From: Candidatus Omnitrophota bacterium
Lineage (GTDB): Bacteria; Omnitrophota; Gorgyraeia; Gygaellales; Profunditerraquicolaceae
DNA: 63,843 nt
Assembly (NCBI GenBank): GCA_026416665.1
Contig: JAOAET010000017.1
Coordinates: forward strand, 1 to 63,843
Direction: 5' to 3'
The translations under genes and the position numbers were made by a program. Below the pieces are notes generated by a model. It was not told the DNA's origin, did no database searches, and saw only the letters and a program-made list of their open reading frames with translations. Every line of letters starts with the position of its first letter. The stretch's first letter is position 1. This document shows, one piece after another, positions 32,396 to 41,497 of this stretch.

Positions 32396-33913
32396 ATGGA
32401 AAAACGTTTATTCTTTGCAATAACTTTGTCTTTTATATTTCTTTTTGTTTGGGCTAATATTGTTGGAAAACAACAAGCAGTTAAATCTCTTAAAAAATCA
32501 GAATCATACCAGAACATTAAAATTGAAGAAACTCCTTCAAAACCTATTAATTTGCCACAAAAAGAAAAAGTTAACCTTCCCCCTTCTTTTTTTGAACTTA
32601 CTTTGAAAAATAGGAAAATAATTTTTCTTGAACCACAATCTTGTATTAAACAAATAACTTTTTCAGATTATCAAGATTCAATTTATACTTTGCAAAATGC
32701 TTTATTATTTGGTTTTGGAGACATGCCTTTTTCAAAGCAACTAATTGATAATAAAGAAGTTAAATATGAATATGTTGATAAAGAAAAAAGAATTATAAAA
32801 GATTTTATTTTTAATGAAGAAGATTATGGTTTGCAATTAAAAATTATTATTGAAAATTTAACAGGAAATTTACTAAATATAGAATTGCCTTTGAGTTTAG
32901 GTACGGCTGATGTTACAGCTAACGACCGCATGCATTTTATAGGTGCAACGGTGTGGGATGAAGAAAAATTATTTTATCCTAATTTAAAAAACAGCAAAAC
33001 CTTTCATAATGTCAAATTTGTTAGTTTACGAAATAGATATTTTTGTATTATCCTTGAGCCGCAGAAAAAGGGTTATTCTGCTTATATTAACAAATTAGGT
33101 AATAATTCTACTGAAATAAGCGTTTCTATACCAGAAAAGATTGGTCCTTATGAAAAAATTATCCAAAATTATAAAATTTTTATTGGTCCACAGGATAAGA
33201 GAATTTTGGCGAAAGTAGATCCTAATTGGACAGCAGTAATTTATTTCGGTAAATTGGATTTTATTGCACAAGGTTTATTAAAAATTTTAGAGATATTTTA
33301 CTTGTTTTTTAAAAACTGGGGTTGGGCCATTGTGGCACTTAGTATTTTTATTTACTTGGTTTTGTATCCTCTGACTTTGAAGCAGATGAAATCTATGAAA
33401 GAAATGCAAATATTGCAACCCCAGGTAGAAAAATTGCGTCAACAATATAAGAATAATCCACAGCGGCTTAACCAAGAAATATTAGAATTGTATAAAGCTC
33501 ATAAAATAAATCCAATGGGTGGATGTTTGCCAATTTTATTGCAAATACCTGTTTTTTTTGCTTTATATCAGGTGCTCTCTAGGTCTATAAGTTTAAAAGG
33601 AGCGAGTTTTTTATGGATAAAAGATCTTTCTGAATCCGATCGGATTCTTATGCTACCCAATTCTTTACCGCTTATTGGAAATGAAATCAACATTTTACCT
33701 TTATTGATGGCAATTATAATGGTTTTTCAGCAGAAATTAACTACTCAAACATTATCTGGTCCCCAAGCAGAACAACAAAAATTAATGACCATTATTTTAC
33801 CAATTATGTTTGGAGTGCTGTTTTATCATATGCCCGCAGGTTTAGTTTTATATTGGCTTGTAAATAGCTTATTGACCTTAACGTTTCAAATACGTTTAGC
33901 AAAAACAAAATGA
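32396..33913 (+). CDS. yidC: membrane protein insertase YidC (long periplasmic P1 domain type)
   Basis: 505 aa; conserved core ...HKINPMGGCLPILLQIPVFFALY...PAGLVLYW. Confidence 0.92.
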   Translation: MEKRLFFAITLSFIFLFVWANIVGKQQAVKSLKKSESYQNIKIEETPSKPINLPQKEKVNLPPSFFELTLKNRKIIFLEPQSCIKQITFSDYQDSIYTLQNALLFGFGDMPFSKQLIDNKEVKYEYVDKEKRIIKDFIFNEEDYGLQLKIIIENLTGNLLNIELPLSLGTADVTANDRMHFIGATVWDEEKLFYPNLKNSKTFHNVKFVSLRNRYFCIILEPQKKGYSAYINKLGNNSTEISVSIPEKIGPYEKIIQNYKIFIGPQDKRILAKVDPNWTAVIYFGKLDFIAQGLLKILEIFYLFFKNWGWAIVALSIFIYLVLYPLTLKQMKSMKEMQILQPQVEKLRQQYKNNPQRLNQEILELYKAHKINPMGGCLPILLQIPVFFALYQVLSRSISLKGASFLWIKDLSESDRILMLPNSLPLIGNEINILPLLMAIIMVFQQKLTTQTLSGPQAEQQKLMTIILPIMFGVLFYHMPAGLVLYWLVNSLLTLTFQIRLAKTK

Positions 33914-34125
33914 ATAAAAATTCTAATTCCTTTGAATTTGAAGGAAAAACAGTCACCGAAGCAATAAAAAAAGCTTTAAAGGAATTAGGAGTTAAAAGAG
34001 AAGAAATTCGTATAGAGATTTTACGAGAAGAAGAAAAAGGTCTTTTTGGTATGCCAGGTGCAAAACCAGCAAAAATAAAAATTACTCTTTTAAAAAATAA
34101 ACATCTTGACAGCTCGCAAAATTAA
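33910..34125 (+). CDS. Jag/KhpB N-terminal domain-only protein
   Basis: FEFEGKTVTEAIKKALKELGVKREEIRIEILREEEKGLFG matches the Jag_N pattern. The 71-aa ORF ends before any KH/R3H region. Confidence 0.65.
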   Translation: MNKNSNSFEFEGKTVTEAIKKALKELGVKREEIRIEILREEEKGLFGMPGAKPAKIKITLLKNKHLDSSQN

Positions 34126-34156
34126 TAAGATAATTGAAAAGAAGTATAATCAAAGA

Positions 34157-34172
34157 TGTTCCACGCGGAACC
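34157..34172. promoter_or_regulatory. parS-like site
   Basis: TGTTCCACGCGGAACC versus consensus TGTTNCACGTGAAACA (about 13/16), 23 nt upstream of parA. Confidence 0.4.
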
Positions 34173-34194
34173 AGTTCTAACTTTTTGAAAAATA

Positions 34195-35022
34195 ATGGGT
34201 AAAATAATAGCAATTTGTAATCAAAAAGGAGGAACAGGAAAAACTACAACTGCAATAAACATAGCCGCATACATGGGATTGTTTGGTAAAAAGACTTTGT
34301 TGGTAGACCTTGATCCTCAAGCAAACGCTACCAGTGGTTTAGGGGTAGATAGACATAAAATTAAAAAAAGCACTTATCATGTTCTTTTAGAAGAGATAAA
34401 AATAGCAGAAATTTTTCTTAAAACTGAAATAGAAAATCTTTATCTTGCTCCATCAAATCTAGATTTAACGGGAGCCGAAGTAGAATTGGTAGGAGCCATA
34501 GGTAGGGAATATCGTTTAAAAAAAGCACTTTTACCAGAGAAAGATAATTTTGATTTCATTTTTATTGATTCTCCTCCGTCTTTAGGGCTTTTAACAATAA
34601 ATGCCTTGTGTGCTGCAGACTCTGTTTTGGTTCCTGTGCAATGTGAATATTATGCTCTAGAAGGGCTTTCTCAATTGATAAATACAGTTAATTTAATAAG
34701 AGATAACATTAATCCTCAATTAAAAATTGAAGGTATTGTGCTTACCTTGGCAGATTTTCGAACAAATCTTAGTAGAGAAGTCATTCGTGAAGTAAAAGAA
34801 AATTTTAAAGAAAAAGTATATACTACAGTAATACCTCGTAGTATTCGCTTAAGCGAAGCGCCTAGTTATGGGAAACCTATTTCTTTATATGACCGGACTA
34901 ATTTAGGAGCAATAAAGTATGAAGAATTAACTAAAGAAATATTAGGTGAACAGTTCTCAGCACAAATTAGCATTGATAATAAAAATATCAATTCCCAACC
35001 ACAAATTCAATTAAAACAATAA
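34195..35022 (+). CDS. parA: ParA/Soj chromosome partitioning ATPase
   Basis: Deviant Walker A NQKGGTGKTTT, followed by DLDPQANAT. Confidence 0.92.
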   Translation: MGKIIAICNQKGGTGKTTTAINIAAYMGLFGKKTLLVDLDPQANATSGLGVDRHKIKKSTYHVLLEEIKIAEIFLKTEIENLYLAPSNLDLTGAEVELVGAIGREYRLKKALLPEKDNFDFIFIDSPPSLGLLTINALCAADSVLVPVQCEYYALEGLSQLINTVNLIRDNINPQLKIEGIVLTLADFRTNLSREVIREVKENFKEKVYTTVIPRSIRLSEAPSYGKPISLYDRTNLGAIKYEELTKEILGEQFSAQISIDNKNINSQPQIQLKQ

Positions 35023-35034
35023 TGAGGAGTAAAA

Positions 35035-35895
35035 ATGGAACGCAAAGCCCTTGGAAAAGGTATTAGTGCGCTTATACCCCCTGCGGACGCACAACAGTCA
35101 CAGAAAATTATTTTTCTTCCTTTGAATCGTATAAAACCTAACCCATATCAACCACGAGAAGATTTTGACCCGCAAGCAATGGAAGAGTTAGTTCAATCCA
35201 TTCGTGAAAAAGGTATTATTCAACCTATTTTGGTAAGGCCTAAAGGAGATGATTATGAATTGATTGCTGGAGAAAGGCGATATCGCGCAGCAGCAATTTT
35301 GCAATTAAAAGAGATTCCTACTATTGTAAAAGATGTGGATGACCGAGACTCGCTAGAAATTGCGTTAATTGAGAATCTACAGAGAAAAGAACTAAATCCA
35401 ATTGAAGAAGCCAAGGCATATCAATTTTTAATCGAAAAATTTTCTCTTACTCAAGAAGAAGTAGCGGAGGTTCTGGGAAAGGCCAGAGCTACTGTTGCTA
35501 ATGTATTGAGACTATTGAAGTTACCTTTAGAAATTCAAGAAGAAATTAAGAATGGGAGGATAAGCTATGCCCATGGAAGAGCACTGTTAGAAATATCTGA
35601 CCTTAATCTTCAGCGGAAAATTCTTCAGGAAATTATTTCTAAGTCTTTGTCTGTTAGAGAGTTAGAAAATATAATTAAGTTACGTAGACCTTTTTCTGTG
35701 AAAGTAAAATCTTCTCGTTTAGTAAAGACATCAGACCCTTATATTGCAGTTTTAGAAGAGCAGTTACAGCAAGCTTTGGCTACTAGAGTAAAAATTGTTA
35801 AGAAGAAGAAAAGAGGAACAATTACTATAGAGTTTTACTCAAATGAAGAACTAGAGCGAATTGTTAGTAAGATAAAAGGAGAAGCAGCGGTATGA
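35035..35895 (+). CDS. parB: ParB/Spo0J chromosome partitioning protein
   Basis: ParB box GERRYRAA, and an HTH region LTQEEVAEVLGKARATVAN. Confidence 0.92.
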   Translation: MERKALGKGISALIPPADAQQSQKIIFLPLNRIKPNPYQPREDFDPQAMEELVQSIREKGIIQPILVRPKGDDYELIAGERRYRAAAILQLKEIPTIVKDVDDRDSLEIALIENLQRKELNPIEEAKAYQFLIEKFSLTQEEVAEVLGKARATVANVLRLLKLPLEIQEEIKNGRISYAHGRALLEISDLNLQRKILQEIISKSLSVRELENIIKLRRPFSVKVKSSRLVKTSDPYIAVLEEQLQQALATRVKIVKKKKRGTITIEFYSNEELERIVSKIKGEAAV

Positions 35896-36410
35896 GTCAG
35901 GACAACAAAAACAAGGCAGTGCTTATTCTTATTAAACCCGACGGGTTAAAAAAATCTTTAACTGGTAATATCTTGACTCGTCTTTCTGAAACAAAATTGG
36001 AGATTGTTGCAGCAAAAATGGTGCGTGTATCAAGAGAACTGGCTGAGGAACATTATCGCCATTTACGGGATAAGCCTTTTTTTCCTGAGTTAATCAAATA
36101 TATCCAAGGAGAATTACATAATCGCCGCAAAGTTATGGCTCTAATTTACTGGGGAGAAGATGCGATTAGAAAATGTCGTGCTATTGCGGGAAGTACCAAT
36201 CCTGAAGAGGCAGAGCCTACTACCATTCGTGGTTCGTATGGCCGCATACTTACTACTGGTCTTTATGAAAACGTGATTCATGTATCATCCGACGAAAAAG
36301 AGGCGGAACGAGAAATTAAGTTGTGGTTTAGACCCGATGAGATAATTGTAGATTTATATCCTACTAAAGAAGTCGTAGAAAAGGAATGTAAACATAAAGT
36401 CTGGTTATAA
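35892..36410 (+). CDS. ndk: nucleoside-diphosphate kinase
   Basis: LILIKPDG..., TIRGSYG and NVIHVSSD (active-site His) motifs. Confidence 0.8.
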   Translation: MSQDNKNKAVLILIKPDGLKKSLTGNILTRLSETKLEIVAAKMVRVSRELAEEHYRHLRDKPFFPELIKYIQGELHNRRKVMALIYWGEDAIRKCRAIAGSTNPEEAEPTTIRGSYGRILTTGLYENVIHVSSDEKEAEREIKLWFRPDEIIVDLYPTKEVVEKECKHKVWL

Positions 36411-36427
36411 CATAAAGGGTTTAGATT

Positions 36428-37252
36428 ATGATTGGTATGACTGGTTTTGGAACAGAAGAAGGTGTGATAAAAGGAGTAGGAAGAATTTCTGTGGAGTTAC
36501 GTAGCACAAATCACAAATACTTAGAAATAGTATCGCATCTACCCGAAGGCTTACTTATACTTGAAGATAAGATTAAAAAGACGTTAGAGCAAAAAATTAA
36601 AAGGGGTAGGATTAATTGTGTAGTAAACGTCTCTGCTTATCAAGGACATGAAATTTATATAGATGAAAAATTGCTTGCTTGTTATATAAAGAAACTAAAA
36701 CTGATTATGCAACGCTATCACTTAAGTGGACAGTTAGGTATAGAAACATTGATTACTTTACCAGGCGTGCTTTCTGTTTCTGAAAAAAAGATAATGGCAA
36801 AAGAAATTTGGCCAGTTTTGAGGAGTATTCTTTTAAAGGCCTTGGAAAGTCTTATGAATATGCGAAAAAAAGAAGGGAAAGCTTTATCAGTTTTTCTTGA
36901 ACGAGAAGTAAAACAGTTAATTGATATTGTGCACTTTGTAAAACACCGTTTTGAGGTAGTAAGTAAACAACGCCTTGATAGCATTCCAACAGAGCTTGAA
37001 AGAGCAGCGTTTTTAAAGGAGATAGATATCTCTGAAGAATTGGATAGGCTATCTTTTCATGCGCGCAGTTTTCATCAGAAATTAACGGATAAAGGTGCTA
37101 TCGGAAAAGAATTAGATTTTATCTGTCAAGAGATGCATAGAGAAGCAAATACTATTGGCGCTAAGTCTTGTGATGTAGAAATATCTTCGGCAGTAGTAAG
37201 AATGAAGAGTCAAATTGAAAAGCTGCGTGAGCAAGTGCAGAATGTTGAGTAG
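36428..37252 (+). CDS. yicC: YicC family protein
   Basis: MTGFG N-terminus and C-terminal KELDFICQEMHREANTIGAKS...KSQIEKLREQVQNVE. Confidence 0.85.
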   Translation: MIGMTGFGTEEGVIKGVGRISVELRSTNHKYLEIVSHLPEGLLILEDKIKKTLEQKIKRGRINCVVNVSAYQGHEIYIDEKLLACYIKKLKLIMQRYHLSGQLGIETLITLPGVLSVSEKKIMAKEIWPVLRSILLKALESLMNMRKKEGKALSVFLEREVKQLIDIVHFVKHRFEVVSKQRLDSIPTELERAAFLKEIDISEELDRLSFHARSFHQKLTDKGAIGKELDFICQEMHREANTIGAKSCDVEISSAVVRMKSQIEKLREQVQNVE

Positions 37253-37892
37253 TCTCATAAAGAATAAAGATGACCAATTAAAAAGAGGAATGATTTTTAT
37301 TTTATCTGGTCCTTCTGGTTCAGGCAAGACTACACTTGCTCAAGCAATTTTAAAAGATAGAAAATTAAATAAATGGTTAGGCCGTTCCATTTCTTTTACT
37401 ACGCGTCCACGTCGACGAGGAGAGAAAGAAGGGAGGGACTATTTTTTTATTTCTAATGAGGACTTTAAGTGGAAGCTTAAGAAACAAAAAATACTTGAAT
37501 GGACTCGCTATTTAGGGTATTATTACGGAACAGACAAGGACAAAGTTGAGCAAATACTTAAAAAAGGTAAGAACCTTATTCTTTGTCTTGATATAAAGGG
37601 TGCACGTAAAGTAAAAAAGCTTTATCCTCAAAATACAATAACTATCTTCGTTATGCCGCCTTCGTTAAAGGAACTAAAGAAACGTATAATGGCGCGCAAG
37701 CGAGAAACAAAAGATGAAATAAAAAACCGCTTGTTCCAAGCACAAAAAGAGATAACTGCTAGCAAGTTTTATGATTATTGTCTGGTTAACGATAAACTTA
37801 GAAAAGCTGTTCAGAAATTAAAGCAGATCATTCTTAACCAGTTAAGGAGGCAGAAAGATGTATCAAGCAGCATTGGAGAATCTTTTAGATAA
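37242..37892 (+). CDS. gmk: guanylate kinase
   Basis: P-loop LSGPSGSGKTTL, then FTTRPRRRGE...GRDYFF. The start is uncertain among 37215, 37242 and 37290. Confidence 0.85.
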   Translation: MLSSLIKNKDDQLKRGMIFILSGPSGSGKTTLAQAILKDRKLNKWLGRSISFTTRPRRRGEKEGRDYFFISNEDFKWKLKKQKILEWTRYLGYYYGTDKDKVEQILKKGKNLILCLDIKGARKVKKLYPQNTITIFVMPPSLKELKKRIMARKRETKDEIKNRLFQAQKEITASKFYDYCLVNDKLRKAVQKLKQIILNQLRRQKDVSSSIGESFR

Positions 37893-38055
37893 AACTGGAG
37901 GGTCAGTATATAAATTAGTGGTTCTTGCAGCTAAGCGGGCATTAGAAATAGCAGATGGACAGCCCAAATTGGTGGAAGATTTGTCTTCTACGGCAAAACC
38001 GACGACCATTGCCTTAAAAGAAATTGAAACTGGCAAAGTCAAACTCAAGGAGTAG
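37858..38055 (+). CDS. rpoZ: DNA-directed RNA polymerase subunit omega
   Basis: SVYKLVVLAAKRALEI motif; an AGGAGG RBS lies 6 nt upstream. Confidence 0.85.
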   Translation: MYQAALENLLDKTGGSVYKLVVLAAKRALEIADGQPKLVEDLSSTAKPTTIALKEIETGKVKLKE

Positions 38056-38061
38056 CCAATA

Positions 38062-38607
38062 GTGACAAAAAAAACAGAGGTTGTTTTAGGTGTAACCGGC
38101 AGCGTTGCAATTTACAAAGCATGTGAGATTGTTCGTCTTTTAAATAAGCACAACTGTGTAGTTAGTGTCGTTATGACAAAGGAAGCAGAAGAATTTATTA
38201 GACCCTTATTGTTTTCATCACTTTCTGGTCAACCGGTTTATACCTCAATGTTTTATACTCCTCAACAATGGGAGATTGAGCATATATCACTAGCACAACG
38301 CGCAGAGGTGCTTCTGATTGCACCTGCAACCGCTAATGTAATTGCTAAAATGGCTGCTGGGCTTTGCGATGATCTATTAACATGTATAGCTTTAGCCACA
38401 ACTGCACCGATTTTAGTCTGTCCAGCAATGAATGAACAGATGTATAAAAATCCCATAACGCAGGAGAATATAAAAAAGTTAAAAAAACAAGGTGTTTACA
38501 TTGTAGAACCACGCAGAGGACAATTAGCTTGTGGTTTAGTAGGTCAAGGATGCTTAGCTTCAGTAGAGGAGATTGTGCAGAAGACATTGGGGTTAATAAG
38601 AAAATAA
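38062..38607 (+). CDS. coaC: phosphopantothenoylcysteine decarboxylase-type flavoprotein (CoaC domain only)
   Basis: VVLGVTGSVAIYKACEIVRLL...APATANVIAKMAAGLCDDLL. At 181 aa there is no CoaB half. Confidence 0.75.
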   Translation: MTKKTEVVLGVTGSVAIYKACEIVRLLNKHNCVVSVVMTKEAEEFIRPLLFSSLSGQPVYTSMFYTPQQWEIEHISLAQRAEVLLIAPATANVIAKMAAGLCDDLLTCIALATTAPILVCPAMNEQMYKNPITQENIKKLKKQGVYIVEPRRGQLACGLVGQGCLASVEEIVQKTLGLIRK

Positions 38608-38611
38608 AATT

Positions 38612-38683
38612 GGCGACGTAGCCAAGTGGTAAGGCAACTGTCTGCAAAACAGTTATTCAGCGGTTCGAGTCCGCTCGTCGCCT
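38612..38683 (+). tRNA. tRNA-Cys (anticodon GCA)
   Basis: Manual cloverleaf: acceptor GGCGACG/CGTCGCC, anticodon stem ACTGT/ACAGT with loop CTGCAAA, T arm AGCGG-TTCGAGT-CCGCT. Confidence 0.9.
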
Positions 38684-38704
38684 TTATTTAATAGAGAAAT
38701 TTTT

Positions 38705-38787
38705 GCCGAGGTGTTGAAATGGCAGACAAAGCGGACTTAAAATCCGCCGCCCGTAAGGGCGTGAGGGTTCGACTCCCTCCCTCGGCA
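38705..38787 (+). tRNA. tRNA-Leu (anticodon UAA), class II long variable arm
   Basis: Acceptor GCCGAGG/CCTCGGC, anticodon stem GCGGA/TCCGC with loop CTTAAAA, variable arm CGCCC-GTAA-GGGCG, T arm GAGGG-TTCGACT-CCCTC. Confidence 0.9.
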
Positions 38788-38801
38788 TAAAGAAAGTTTG
38801 T

Positions 38802-38878
38802 GGGCTCATAGCTCAGCTGGTTAGAGCGTTGCGTTGACATCGCAAAGGTCTGAGGTTCAAGTCCTCATGGGCCCACCA
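38802..38878 (+). tRNA. tRNA-Val (anticodon GAC), CCA encoded
   Basis: Acceptor GGGCTCA/TGGGCCC, anticodon stem TTGCG/CGCAA with loop TTGACAT, T arm TGAGG-TTCAAGT-CCTCA, 3' ACCA. Confidence 0.9.
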
Positions 38879-38885
38879 GAAAAAT

Positions 38886-40604
38886 ATGGATTTAGAGACA
38901 TTACGGCATTCTTGTGCACATATAATGGCACAGGCAGTAAAAGAATTGTGGCCAGAGACACGCCTTGCTATAGGGCCAGCTATAGAAGATGGATTTTATT
39001 ATGATTTTGATAGACCAGAGCAATTTTCTGAAGAAGATTTACTTACTATAGAAGAACGTATGCATCAAATTATCCAAAGAGACGAACCATTTATCCGTAA
39101 AGAGTTGTCTAAAAAAGAGGCAGAAGAACTTTTTCAAGGAATGCAAGAGACCTATAAACTTGAATTATTAAAAGAAATACCCGATGATAAAGTATCGGTT
39201 TACTATACCGGAAAATCTTTTGTAGATTTATGTCGCGGTCCACATATTTTATCAACGGGACAGATTAAAGCTTTTAAATTGCTTTCGCTAGCAGGTGCTT
39301 ATTGGCGAGGAAACGAAAATAATCCTATGCTTCAACGAATTTATGGCACTTGTTTTTTATCTCAACAAGAATTAGAAGCTTACCTGCGAGATTTTGAAGA
39401 GCGCAAACAACGTGACCATCGAAAATTAGGACCTAATTTAGAGCTCTTTGATATTTACCAACAAGAAGCGGGAGCAGGACTTGTATTTTATCATCCTAAA
39501 GGTGCATTACTTAGAAAAATAATTGAGGATTACGAAAAACAAGAACACCTTAAACGCGGATACGAATTAGTAGTTACTCCGCACATTATGCAAGCAGATT
39601 TATGGAAGACCTCTGGACACTATCAGTATTATCGTCAGAATATGTACACCTTACAAATAGAGAATAAAGAATTTGTTTTAAAACCAATGAATTGTCCTGG
39701 GCATATCTTAATTTATAAATCTAAGGTTCGCAGTTGGCGAGATTTACCTATTCGTTATTTTGAACTTGGAACAGTCTATCGGCATGAGAAAGCAGGAGTA
39801 ATGCACGGGTTACTTCGGGTAAGAGGTTTTACTCAAGATGATGCGCATATTTTTTGTTTACCCAGTCAATTGCAAGAAGAAATACGTTCGGTCATAGAAT
39901 TTGTGTTTGAGACAATGAAGGTATTTGGTTTTAATGACATAGAAATTGAATTAAGCACCCGTCCCGAAAAATCTATTGGTAGCGATGAGGATTGGCAATT
40001 AGCAACAGCTTCTCTAGAGAATTCGTTAAAACAGTTAGAGTTAAAGTATAAAATTAACCCTGGTGAAGGTGCTTTTTATGGTCCGAAAATAGATATCAAA
40101 TTAAAAGACGCTCTGAAAAGGTCTTGGCAGTGTGCAACCGTTCAATGCGATTTCTCTCTGCCTAAACGTTTTAATTTAGAATATATAGATACTGACGGCA
40201 CAGCCAAACAGCCAATTATGCTACATCGAGTAATTTTGGGAAGCATTGAGCGTTTTATTGCTTGTTTAGTTGAGCACTATAAAGGAGATTTTCCTTTATG
40301 GCTTGCACCAGAGCAGGTGCGGATTATTCCTATCGCAGAAGAAACCTTTACTTACGCCCAGCAAGTGTGTAAATTTCTACAGGCCTCAGGTATTCGCACA
40401 CATTGTGATTTACGCAACCAGACACTGAATAAACGAATTCGGCAAGCAGAGCTGGATAAAATAAAATACATATTGATTATTGGGAATAAAGAAATACAAC
40501 AAAAAGTTGTTACTATACGCAGGCGAGGGATAAAAGAGCAAATTACCCAAACGCCTGAACAATTTTTAACTCATCTTCAAACAGAGATTGCTAGCCGCCG
40601 ATAA
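38886..40604 (+). CDS. thrS: threonine--tRNA ligase (no N-terminal TGS domain)
   Basis: Editing-domain HxxxH motif (RHSCAHIMAQAV), class II core motifs (FRHEKAG..HGLLRVRGFTQDDAHIF), and an anticodon-binding C-terminus. Confidence 0.92.
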   Translation: MDLETLRHSCAHIMAQAVKELWPETRLAIGPAIEDGFYYDFDRPEQFSEEDLLTIEERMHQIIQRDEPFIRKELSKKEAEELFQGMQETYKLELLKEIPDDKVSVYYTGKSFVDLCRGPHILSTGQIKAFKLLSLAGAYWRGNENNPMLQRIYGTCFLSQQELEAYLRDFEERKQRDHRKLGPNLELFDIYQQEAGAGLVFYHPKGALLRKIIEDYEKQEHLKRGYELVVTPHIMQADLWKTSGHYQYYRQNMYTLQIENKEFVLKPMNCPGHILIYKSKVRSWRDLPIRYFELGTVYRHEKAGVMHGLLRVRGFTQDDAHIFCLPSQLQEEIRSVIEFVFETMKVFGFNDIEIELSTRPEKSIGSDEDWQLATASLENSLKQLELKYKINPGEGAFYGPKIDIKLKDALKRSWQCATVQCDFSLPKRFNLEYIDTDGTAKQPIMLHRVILGSIERFIACLVEHYKGDFPLWLAPEQVRIIPIAEETFTYAQQVCKFLQASGIRTHCDLRNQTLNKRIRQAELDKIKYILIIGNKEIQQKVVTIRRRGIKEQITQTPEQFLTHLQTEIASRR

Positions 40605-40648
40605 ACAGCGGTAGCGCTAGACTCTGTTTAAAACAAGGAGGTGTTGCT

Positions 40649-41164
40649 ATAAAAAAGTTTATCAGAATAAACGATCGTATCCGAGTGCCTCAGGTGCGTC
40701 TTATTGGACCAGAGGGTAATCAATTAGGAATTATGTCTACTGACCGTGCTAGGCAGATAGCTGAAGAGTATAATCTTGATTTAGTTGAAGTTGCTCCACA
40801 GGCAGTGCCACCTGTTTGCAGAATAATGGATTTTAATAAGTTTAAGTATGACCAGGAGAAAAAAGAAAGAGAAGCCAAAAAACACCAGAGGCAAGGAAAG
40901 GTAAAAGAAATTCGCCTACATCCAAATATTGATGAACACGATTATCAAGTCAAGTTAAGGCAGGCTATTTCATTTTTGCAAAGAAGAGATAAAGTAAAAG
41001 TGGATCTTTTTTTTCGAGGAAGGCAAATTGAACATTTAGACCTAGGCAGAAAAATTTTAGATAGATTTATTGCTGATACCCAGCAAGAAGGGCAGGTAGA
41101 AAAGGAACCTACTTTAGAAGGTAAAATAATGACCTTAGTATTGGCACCAAAACGAGCAGGTTAG
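40649..41164 (+). CDS. infC: translation initiation factor IF-3, probable non-canonical AUA start
   Basis: The conserved N-terminus IKKFIRINDRIRVPQVRLIG extends upstream of the track's GTG. An in-frame ATA lies 8 nt after a GGAGG RBS. Confidence 0.75.
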   Translation: MKKFIRINDRIRVPQVRLIGPEGNQLGIMSTDRARQIAEEYNLDLVEVAPQAVPPVCRIMDFNKFKYDQEKKEREAKKHQRQGKVKEIRLHPNIDEHDYQVKLRQAISFLQRRDKVKVDLFFRGRQIEHLDLGRKILDRFIADTQQEGQVEKEPTLEGKIMTLVLAPKRAG

Positions 41165-41213
41165 TTCTAAAAAATCGGTTTTGTAAATTTTATTAACTAT
41201 AGGGAGTCAGACA

Positions 41214-41408
41214 ATGTTAAAAACTAAAAAGGGAGTTAGGAAACGTTTTCGTATAACCAAAAGTGGAAAAATAAAATACAATCCTTCTGGAAAAAGCCAT
41301 TTACAGACAAATAAAGAAGCAAAACGTGTGCGTAAACTGCGAAAAGCGCGTATTCTACAACATAAAAAAGAGTCGGCTTATTTAAAGAAGATGCTTCCAT
41401 ACGGATAA
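41214..41408 (+). CDS. rpmI: 50S ribosomal protein L35
   Basis: MLKTKKGVRKRFRITKSGKIK...; located between infC and rplT. Confidence 0.92.
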   Translation: MLKTKKGVRKRFRITKSGKIKYNPSGKSHLQTNKEAKRVRKLRKARILQHKKESAYLKKMLPYG

Positions 41409-41497
41409 AACTTCTTCTTATTAGAAATTGTCTGTAATAAAAAGAATGGCAAGAAGAGAATTTAGGACGGATTTTTTAATAATATAAGGAGGAGAAA

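Noticed and set aside
38612-38878. tRNA cluster as an integration hotspot or genomic island boundary. The other tRNAs at 14829, 23033 and 63771 were checked as well.
   Set aside because: No integrase, transposase, direct repeat of a tRNA 3' end or compositional shift was seen next to any tRNA. The flanking genes are core housekeeping genes.
38608-38885. T-box leaders upstream of thrS. Also checked upstream of pheS (44800-45263) and gltX (62084-62137).
   Set aside because: The spacers are filled by tRNA genes or coding sequence, or are under 60 nt. No specifier hairpin or T-box motif is visible.
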